Source: a virus
DNA: 64,000 bases
Virus record (IMG/VR): IMGVR_UViG_3300044631_002183
Coordinates: 32,001-96,000 of that record
Strand: one strand, 5' to 3'
Position numbers and translations under genes: made by a program. Below the pieces are notes generated by a model. The model did not search any database, was not told the origin of the DNA, and saw only the letters and a list, made by a program, of their open reading frames with translations. Of this stretch, positions 41,331-48,845 are shown piece after piece. Every line of letters begins with the position of its first letter. Positions within the stretch are counted from its first letter, which is position 1.

Positions 41331-42109
41331 TGAAATCTATGCTTCCAAATTGAAGGGGCGTTTTTCCAATTCATTAGATCTATTCTATTTTTTGATGGAT
41401 CTATTATTCTTGAGTATTTATCTCTGAAAATAGGAGCGTCTTCATAGACTTGGCTAATTTCTATCGGACCATGATCGTCTTGGCCGTGATCGCACATTAT
41501 AATTGGATGGTCACTCATATAAGTCTTGCATCCATCGCTTTGGCATCTGATAGCTAAATCTGCATGACTATATGGGCAAGCTTGGAATCTGCAATCAAAT
41601 CCTCCCATTTCTAGAAAATAACTAGAATGTAAAAAAACAGTATTATAAATCCACCAATCTTTATCTACTACTTGTGGATTAGTTTGATAAGCATTAATCA
41701 ATTTATAATAATCATCATTTTGATATCTTTCTGGATGAGAATAATTAGAGCTTTCTGAGTACTTGGCTACTACAGCATTTTTACTGCTATCTCCTTTGCT
41801 TATCAAAAGATCTAAATTTTTATCTATGGCATCAGGAATAAAAAGAGAATCATCAGAATGAGTCGGAAAAACATATTTTCCTTCTATGGACATTACTCCA
41901 ATTTGGCTTGCTCTAGTCGGGCTTCCCCAATCTTTTATAATTTTTATATTTTTATAAGACTTTACTTCATTAGGCAAGTCATATGGAGATATAATTATTA
42001 ATTCAAAAGTCCTTTTTGTTGAGCTTTGAATTGATTGATATACTTTTGGCCAGTTTTCTGCTCTTATCGCTGGCATCAAAATCGATAGTTCTGGTCTATA
42101 AATATTCAT
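41327..42109 (-). CDS. GT-A (GT2-like) glycosyltransferase, paralogue 3
   Basis: LSILMPAIR, EGKYVFPTHSDD, MGGFD, DLAIR. Confidence 0.7.
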   Translation of the reverse strand: MNIYRPELSILMPAIRAENWPKVYQSIQSSTKRTFELIIISPYDLPNEVKSYKNIKIIKDWGSPTRASQIGVMSIEGKYVFPTHSDDSLFIPDAIDKNLDLLISKGDSSKNAVVAKYSESSNYSHPERYQNDDYYKLINAYQTNPQVVDKDWWIYNTVFLHSSYFLEMGGFDCRFQACPYSHADLAIRCQSDGCKTYMSDHPIIMCDHGQDDHGPIEISQVYEDAPIFRDKYSRIIDPSKNRIDLMNWKNAPSIWKHRFQ

Positions 42110-42639
42110 TATTTTTCGCTATAGTAATCTCCCCATTCAACTAAGATAGTAGACTTGCCGTCTTTTCTTGTAAGAGCTTTCTCATATGCTGGAAAAATAT
42201 CTTCTGGCTCATCTAATCTAATAACTTCTACATTTTTAAGCATCAATCTAAACGCATCGGTAAAATCTCCTACATGTTGATGTTGTGGATGCAGCGGTCT
42301 TTCTGAGCCAATACCAGTTCTAATAATTGCTTTAGTTTTAAAATCAGAAATCATTGGAATCTTGTCCAAATGACTAACGACTTGATTTGTAGCTAGTAAA
42401 AAGAAGTTCCATCTTGGATAAATACTAACTGGGATTTTACCAGCTAATGCAAGACCATTTGTCATACCGGCTTGCAAATCTTCGCACACGGGAAGTTCTA
42501 GCTTTTTATTGTTAGGTACGTCTTTTAAGGTATTAGTCATAGCAGTGCCAGCATACTCAACTGCCTGACCAATAAATAAAGTGTCTGGATGGGACGCTAA
42601 ATAATCCATTGACCTTTTTAATTCATCGAAATATTTCAT
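42109..42639 (-). CDS. TPP-enzyme E1-beta/transketolase pyrimidine-binding subunit (short)
   Basis: FIGQAV, ELPVCEDLQAGMTNGLALAG, HPQHQH; lacks the C-terminal domain; start at ATG 42639. Confidence 0.8.
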   Translation of the reverse strand: MKYFDELKRSMDYLASHPDTLFIGQAVEYAGTAMTNTLKDVPNNKKLELPVCEDLQAGMTNGLALAGKIPVSIYPRWNFFLLATNQVVSHLDKIPMISDFKTKAIIRTGIGSERPLHPQHQHVGDFTDAFRLMLKNVEVIRLDEPEDIFPAYEKALTRKDGKSTILVEWGDYYSEK

Positions 42640-42640
42640 A

Positions 42641-43252
42641 TTAAAATTGAACTCTTTGCCCTGCACCGGCATGAGGCCATTTTGTTTCGTATTTATAATA
42701 ATAGAGATTCTTGTTAATTAGACCTTCTCTAGTCAATCGAACAGTATTCCATGTCTTGCGAGTGTCAGTGCAAACAGATTTGCCATTATCTTCTATGATA
42801 AATTTAACTGGAAGGTCATGATTTCTAACATATTTATAACACTCTTCAAAAGATCCGGTTTCTGAAGTCATGTCTCCGACAAAACAATAAACCCATTGAT
42901 CGCTCTTATCCATCTTGGCAGATAGGCCAAGTCCAACTGCTATCGGCAATATTCCAGTAACTATAGCTGACGAAAATACTTTATACTCAGGAAAACAAAG
43001 AGATATTGATTTACCTTCTAGTATACTTTTTCTTACTTGTTCTTGAGGCACACCCTTTAGTAAACATTGATAGTGACTTCTCCAAGAGCACAGAACCCAA
43101 TCTTGAGGGTTTATATCTTTAAAAATAGAAATCATAGACTCCTCATTTCCATTATAAAGATGTACTGGAGCCTTTATTTTACCAGCGTTAAAATCAGAAG
43201 CGATTAACTCTTCAAAAGATAAAAGATCTTCTTTCGTTAGTTGTGAGATCAT
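42641..43252 (-). CDS. TPP-enzyme E1-alpha subunit (short)
   Basis: PVHLYNGNE, SWRSH, SAIVTG, TPP-binding GD...EDN motif. Confidence 0.8.
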   Translation of the reverse strand: MISQLTKEDLLSFEELIASDFNAGKIKAPVHLYNGNEESMISIFKDINPQDWVLCSWRSHYQCLLKGVPQEQVRKSILEGKSISLCFPEYKVFSSAIVTGILPIAVGLGLSAKMDKSDQWVYCFVGDMTSETGSFEECYKYVRNHDLPVKFIIEDNGKSVCTDTRKTWNTVRLTREGLINKNLYYYKYETKWPHAGAGQRVQF

Positions 43253-44781
43253 GATTCGTAAATTTTTCTTTTTAATTTTATCTCCAGCATTTCTTTTATA
43301 TTTTCTACCGCTTTTTTTCCAAACTTATCATTTATTTTTCGCAAGAAATCTGGGTTGGAATGATACTCTAAGCATGCCATATCTCTAAATTTTAAAACTT
43401 CAGTAGGGCTTAGATTTTTATTTCCTAAAGGAAGAGTTTCATATGAATGAAATGAATATCCTTCGTAAGACTTAGGAAGTTCTAAATTATTATTAAGCGC
43501 ATCTTTATATAATTGACTTCCAGGCAAAGCCATCGCTCCATAGGCATTCCATCCAGCGGTGCATAATTCTTTAGAAAAATCTAATGTTTTTCTCATGCTT
43601 TCTAGCGTGTCCCCGGGAAGGCCAAAGATATAATTAGCCATAACTTCTATGCCTGAGTTTTGCACTTGATCTACTACTCTTTTTATATCTACATCTTCAA
43701 ATTTGCCTTTAGACACTTCTAGTCTGACAATTTTATCTGCGCTTTCTATGCCTAATGCTAACCATTTTATGCCAGCAGATTTTACTATAGATAAAAGTTC
43801 TGGATTGCGCACGGTATCTATACGAGAATAGGCCCACATTATTAAATCTTTACCATATCCTCTGTCTCTTATCATTTCGCAAAGAGGCAGATAGTATTTT
43901 TTATTTAATAAAAACATTTCGTCAGTTATTTTTATGGTTCTGACTCCCATTGAATATAATTTGTCGAATTCTTTGATTATAAATTCTGGACTCCAATATC
44001 TCATTCCACTATATTTACTGGCCACTCCTATTTCATCATTGTCATTTCTATTTACTATATTGATCATGCAAAAATTGCATGAAAATTGACACCCTATAGA
44101 AGTTTGTATTGCGGCATATGGGCTTCTTTTATTTAAATCGTATTCAGAATGCCATAATGGAGATCTGTATAAATCAAGAGGTTTTTCTTTATAAGGAAGA
44201 AGATCCCAAGCATAGCCGGGAAGATCGGAATCCATTTTATCATTTGGCACAATTGACTCTGGAGGATTGATAACAATTGATCCATTTTTTCTCCAAACTA
44301 TACCATTAATTTTAGAAAGATCAGAAAAATCTTTAAGCTTTAAAATATTTCTTAAAGCATAAACAGCCTCATTTGTAAATCCAAAGTCTATGGATGGCTC
44401 ATCTGAAAGTGTCTTTATGGGCAAAGCCTGGATATATGATCCAACGTAAGATATTGGAATATTTATATTATTATTTTTTAGAAATTTAGATGTTTTGGTG
44501 GCTCCAGACATATTAACGGAACCAGCATTAACATTCTGTCCATAAACCACAAAACAAATAAGCCTTGGATTTGATTTTATAATTCTATTTAAACATTCTT
44601 CATCTGACAATTTTTCAGCGTTAATATCTAAAATACCAACAGAATAACCAAACGATCTACAAGACTGAGCCAAAAGTAATGCCCATGTAGGTGGTTCTAT
44701 GGAGGCATAGGTATTAGATAATTCTTGATATATTCCAGAAGAATTCCCCGGAGAAATAAATAAAACATCCATGCTATGCAT
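43249..44781 (-). CDS. Cobalamin-binding radical SAM protein (class B methyltransferase-like)
   Basis: N-terminal B12-binding-like domain, CQFSCNFC, WAYSRID, ALGIES, NYIFGLPGD, ALPGS. Confidence 0.85.
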   Translation of the reverse strand: MHSMDVLFISPGNSSGIYQELSNTYASIEPPTWALLLAQSCRSFGYSVGILDINAEKLSDEECLNRIIKSNPRLICFVVYGQNVNAGSVNMSGATKTSKFLKNNNINIPISYVGSYIQALPIKTLSDEPSIDFGFTNEAVYALRNILKLKDFSDLSKINGIVWRKNGSIVINPPESIVPNDKMDSDLPGYAWDLLPYKEKPLDLYRSPLWHSEYDLNKRSPYAAIQTSIGCQFSCNFCMINIVNRNDNDEIGVASKYSGMRYWSPEFIIKEFDKLYSMGVRTIKITDEMFLLNKKYYLPLCEMIRDRGYGKDLIMWAYSRIDTVRNPELLSIVKSAGIKWLALGIESADKIVRLEVSKGKFEDVDIKRVVDQVQNSGIEVMANYIFGLPGDTLESMRKTLDFSKELCTAGWNAYGAMALPGSQLYKDALNNNLELPKSYEGYSFHSYETLPLGNKNLSPTEVLKFRDMACLEYHSNPDFLRKINDKFGKKAVENIKEMLEIKLKRKIYES

Positions 44782-45746
44782 TATTTCAGAAATGCTTTGG
44801 CTCGATTCAAAATATTTTCCCAGAAAATTTTAGAAGAATATTTTTCTTTGTATGTGTTGTATCCTTGTTGGGCTATTTTTTTTCTTTCTTCTTCATTTTC
44901 AGAATAGTATTTGATTGCTCCGATTAGTTCTTCCATTGTAGAAAATTCAACATAATCATAACCAGGAGTAAACAATCTGCTTGTTGAGGGGTTCTTAAAT
45001 TCAAGTAGGAGTGTTTTGCAAGCTAGTGTTTCGAATACTCTTCCTTTAGTTTGGAAAAAATTAGCTGGGCTTAGAGAGAAATTAAGATTAATTTTGCTTC
45101 TTCTAATAAGTGAGGCATAATCTTCGGCGCTCAACATTTCCTCTCTTTGGCCGCCTCTAATAGAAAGACTTATACCAGAAGAAATTAATTTTTGTAAAAT
45201 AGCATGGCGATCATAGTATCTTGGGCTTCCAATGAAACTAACATCCAAATCTTGCTTTTCTTGCGGATAGAATAAAGAAATATCTTGAGGAACCCATAAA
45301 TCTATATGATTATTTCTGTAGAAACAGTTTAAATCGGAAAAGAAAGTGGGATTATCCCAAGAAACATGTAAACTTACTCTATCTGCTATTTCTTCTATGG
45401 TTTTGAATCCCCAATCTGGGCCAGTATCAGGCCACATAATAGATTGATAAATTCCAAGATCTTTGATTTTCTTAAAAGTTTCAAGAGATGGGTTAAGAGG
45501 AGATTCTCCTAGAAGTGAATAAATTATAATATTTATTTCCCATTTTTTGCAGTAATCTACTAGGAAATTGTCAACGTGGTTTCCATATACAACATACGCC
45601 TCATCTAGATGAATAGTATTCCAGTTGTATTGACTTCCAAAATCAATACTAAATGAATTAAATAAATTATGGAAATTATTGGTTAAACCAAGGTCTGGAG
45701 TTCCATCGCAGAATTTTTCTGTTACGAATAAGACTTTTTTTTTCAT
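44781..45746 (-). CDS. CgeB-like GT-B glycosyltransferase
   Basis: DVSFIGS, SKINLNF, KGRVFE, EERKKIAQQG. Confidence 0.8.
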   Translation of the reverse strand: MKKKVLFVTEKFCDGTPDLGLTNNFHNLFNSFSIDFGSQYNWNTIHLDEAYVVYGNHVDNFLVDYCKKWEINIIIYSLLGESPLNPSLETFKKIKDLGIYQSIMWPDTGPDWGFKTIEEIADRVSLHVSWDNPTFFSDLNCFYRNNHIDLWVPQDISLFYPQEKQDLDVSFIGSPRYYDRHAILQKLISSGISLSIRGGQREEMLSAEDYASLIRRSKINLNFSLSPANFFQTKGRVFETLACKTLLLEFKNPSTSRLFTPGYDYVEFSTMEELIGAIKYYSENEEERKKIAQQGYNTYKEKYSSKIFWENILNRAKAFLK

Positions 45747-45749
45747 TTT

Positions 45750-46703
45750 TTATAGATTGGTATGCTTAGTATTAGAATGAAGAAATACTGAGTAGGCTTT
45801 AATTAGCTCTTTAATTCCATACTCTAAAGAATACTGAGGCTTCCATCCTGTAGCTTCAAGCTTATCGTTGCTAACAATATAATTTCGCTTGTCTAAATCG
45901 GCGCTAAAATTATCTGTTTTAATAACAAAATTGGGAACTTGTTCTTTGATCTTTTCGCATAACTCTAGTTTGCTTAGATTGGCTGAAGAAAGACCGACGT
46001 TAAAAACCTCGCCTTTATGACTGTCAAACTCGACAAGCATCTTAATGAAAGCGCCAGCTACATCTCTAATATGAATATAGTTTCTCTTAAAATGCGATTC
46101 GAAAAGAACAATATACTTATCAGTTAAAGCTTTTAATACAAAATCATTGACAAGAAGATCTTTTCTGAATCTATATGAGGTTCCAAAAACAGTTGCCAAT
46201 CTCAAAGAAATAGCTTTGCCAGAATCTAAAGCGTATTTTTCTCCAGCGCATTTTGTGACCCCATAGGTAGAAATTGGGTTTAGCTTTGTTTTTTCAGTAC
46301 AAAAGGTATCATTTTCTCCAACTCCATATCCACTATTTGTGTTGGGAAGAATTATTCTAGCATCGCTTCTGGAAGTTGAGCATATGAAATCAATTTGATT
46401 AGCATTTACGTCTACCGCTAGAATTTTATCTCTATCGCAAGCAGGAAAGCCCACTATTCCGGCAAGAGGATAAATGTAATCTGCTTCTTGTACATATTTA
46501 GAAAGCTTGGCTCTATCTCTTACGTCGCCATATACAAATTCAAGTTTGGGATTAGATAAGAATGGGAACAAGCCTTCTTGCTTGTACATTAAATTATCAT
46601 AAACAACAACTTTTTCAATTCCTAGACCGGAAGCATTTGCTAGAAGTTGCTCGACTAGAATAGTGCCTAAGTAACCAGCGCCACCAGTAATTAAAATTTT
46701 CAT
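45750..46703 (-). CDS. NAD-dependent sugar epimerase/dehydratase (extended SDR)
   Basis: ITGGAGYLG, LAGIVGFPAC, YGVTK, RLATVFG; start at ATG 46703. Confidence 0.88.
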   Translation of the reverse strand: MKILITGGAGYLGTILVEQLLANASGLGIEKVVVYDNLMYKQEGLFPFLSNPKLEFVYGDVRDRAKLSKYVQEADYIYPLAGIVGFPACDRDKILAVDVNANQIDFICSTSRSDARIILPNTNSGYGVGENDTFCTEKTKLNPISTYGVTKCAGEKYALDSGKAISLRLATVFGTSYRFRKDLLVNDFVLKALTDKYIVLFESHFKRNYIHIRDVAGAFIKMLVEFDSHKGEVFNVGLSSANLSKLELCEKIKEQVPNFVIKTDNFSADLDKRNYIVSNDKLEATGWKPQYSLEYGIKELIKAYSVFLHSNTKHTNL

Positions 46704-46744
46704 ACTATTAAAAAGATTATATTGGATACGTTTTAAGAAAACAA

Positions 46745-47287
46745 TTATTTGTCTCTGCAAGACAATATTGGATCTGCTATCGGCCAAAAAACATTATATT
46801 TTGGATCATTCCATTTAACGTGAATTTGGTCTTTTTGCGATACATATTCGTGAGTAAATTTATAATGGAATAAACATTCTTCAGTCAAGCAAAAATGAGC
46901 GTTTACACATCCATTTGGAACAAGAATTTGATGTTTATTGTGTTCTGTAAGAGTAAACGTTTGATGAACGCCAAAAGTTTCGGAGTCTTTTCTTAAATCT
47001 ATAACAGCAAAATATATAGATCCTTTAAGACATTCTATGAGCTTCCATGTGAACACGTCACCATGGAATCCTCTAAGAACGTTTTTTCTAGATTTAGAGA
47101 AGCTATCTACTATGAATTTATTATTTCCTTTAGTCCAGCTTTCGCTTGAGCAAAAAATTTTATTGTAAAGATTTTCATTATAACCTTCGAAATTTTCTCC
47201 TCTGTAATCAGAAAAGCATTCTGGTTGAATAATAAAAAGATCTTTTATCTTACAATTACTCGAAGTACTTAGATTGAGTGGAATCAT
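46745..47287 (-). CDS. rmlC: RmlC-like NDP-sugar 3,5-epimerase (cupin)
   Basis: DYRG, SRKNVLRGFH, IDLRKDSETFG, VPNGCVNAH, WNDP. Confidence 0.8.
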   Translation of the reverse strand: MIPLNLSTSSNCKIKDLFIIQPECFSDYRGENFEGYNENLYNKIFCSSESWTKGNNKFIVDSFSKSRKNVLRGFHGDVFTWKLIECLKGSIYFAVIDLRKDSETFGVHQTFTLTEHNKHQILVPNGCVNAHFCLTEECLFHYKFTHEYVSQKDQIHVKWNDPKYNVFWPIADPILSCRDK

Positions 47288-47993
47288 AAATATATTTATT
47301 TAATATCTTTGCCTCTTTAGATATATCAAAAGTAGCTGGATTTATAGGATTATCAAAAAACTTTTTCCTGTATTCTATTGCGACTTCATCAGGAGAGATT
47401 ACGGCTTCTATTGTTTTATGTAAAATATGATCGATTTCTATCTCTTTGACATCGATTACTCTTTTGATTGATTTGTACAATCTGTATATTGAATTGTCTG
47501 CGCCTAGAGTTTTGAATTCCTCATACATAAAAAATCCTAATACTTCTGTAGATTTTTTAGATATTATTGGGAAAGAGCAATATCCAGAGACGACATCTCT
47601 GTCTGCACTATTACAAGTTGTCCAGCAGTAGTAGATTTGATCTGTTATATCATTTACAGATAAGTATTTAGAAATTTTTTCAGAAGCTATGACATCCCAA
47701 TTTTTAGTAAGAATAGATATATCGTCATTACATACAAATAAATTTTGGCCATTTGCTGTTTTGACCATTTCGTTATATGATGTTATTAAATTAGATGGCC
47801 TTGGACCTCTGATAAATCTGACATCAAGCCCAAAGTTATTGTTAACTATAGCGTGAGTGAGATCGTCGTCTTCATCATACCTAACAATAATTTCTATATC
47901 ATTTTTATTGTTAGTCGTATTATATACAGAACTTAAAAAATTTTTTAAAAGCTCTGGTCTTTTTCTGGAATTTAAGAAAAGAGAAAATTTCAT
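47256..47993 (-). CDS. GT-A (GT2-like) glycosyltransferase
   Basis: SRKRP, EIIVRYDEDD, LFVCNDD, NWD, FPII. Confidence 0.7.
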   Translation of the reverse strand: MKFSLFLNSRKRPELLKNFLSSVYNTTNNKNDIEIIVRYDEDDDLTHAIVNNNFGLDVRFIRGPRPSNLITSYNEMVKTANGQNLFVCNDDISILTKNWDVIASEKISKYLSVNDITDQIYYCWTTCNSADRDVVSGYCSFPIISKKSTEVLGFFMYEEFKTLGADNSIYRLYKSIKRVIDVKEIEIDHILHKTIEAVISPDEVAIEYRKKFFDNPINPATFDISKEAKILNKYIYDSTQSKYFE

Positions 47994-47995
47994 AC

Positions 47996-48769
47996 TTAGA
48001 TTTTTAGAAATTTAATTAAATCGTCTCTCTGCTCTTTCATATTCTTTAAGCGGAAGACTTTAATTACTCCGTCTTTCTCATACTGATTTATAAAATATTG
48101 ATCTCTAGTTTTGTCATCGAAATCACCTAAAACGCAAATAGTGGCAATCCTGCTCATGCTAGACATTGTTTTAAAACCACTGTCGGTGCCAATGAATTTA
48201 TGGCATAGTTTGACAAGCTCTAAACATGACTCTACATTCATATTTGTATGAGCTACATTTTTAGATTGATTAACTCCGTAATTTTCAAGCTCTGAAGCGG
48301 AGCCAAAAATTACATAATTAAACTCATCAGAGATTACGTTATTAATTACATCAGACGGAATATATTTAGGCGGAAGATTAAATTTGGAATAAGTATCGTA
48401 AGAGAAACTGCTGCCGAAAGGGTGAATTCCTATTACAGGATTATTGTTTTGAAATTTTTCTACAAAAGATTTCGCGTTCTCTTTGCTTTCTTGGGAAAAA
48501 TTAATATCGGAATAAAACGCTCTAGGACACTCTCTGATATTTGTAGTTGAGTTTTCTCCATGGTTCTCAATAATTTTATCAATCTGAGCATCGTGCTCTT
48601 CTATATTATTAAAATAGTAAAAAGAAGAATTTTCAGCGCCTAAACTTTTAAAGAAAGATTCAGCTTGCTTAAAATGTGTATGGACAATAAACTCTTTAGT
48701 TTTATTATTAGCGATAAACCAAGAGCATTGCAAAAAATCGCCGATCCCGCCTCTGACGTAAAATTTCAT
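47996..48769 (-). CDS. GT9-like glycosyltransferase
   Basis: N-terminal GGIGD, IGIHPFGS, FIGTDSGF. Confidence 0.65.
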   Translation of the reverse strand: MKFYVRGGIGDFLQCSWFIANNKTKEFIVHTHFKQAESFFKSLGAENSSFYYFNNIEEHDAQIDKIIENHGENSTTNIRECPRAFYSDINFSQESKENAKSFVEKFQNNNPVIGIHPFGSSFSYDTYSKFNLPPKYIPSDVINNVISDEFNYVIFGSASELENYGVNQSKNVAHTNMNVESCLELVKLCHKFIGTDSGFKTMSSMSRIATICVLGDFDDKTRDQYFINQYEKDGVIKVFRLKNMKEQRDDLIKFLKI

Positions 48770-48786
48770 ATAGTTAAAATGTATTA

Positions 48787-48822
48787 GGGCCTAACTATGG
48801 AAAATTCCATAAAATTAGGCCC
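48787..48822. promoter_or_regulatory. Intergenic stem-loop between nrdJ and the glycosylation island
   Basis: GGGCCTAA (48787-94) pairs with TTAGGCCC (48815-22), with an inner TATGGAA/TTCCATA stem; no clean U-tract on the - strand. Confidence 0.5.
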
Positions 48823-48845
48823 CAATTTTGTAAATATTTATGTAA

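Noticed and set aside
42109-43252. Pyruvate dehydrogenase as a central-metabolism auxiliary gene
   Set aside because: Both subunits are truncated, E2/E3 are absent, and the pair sits within nucleotide-sugar genes.
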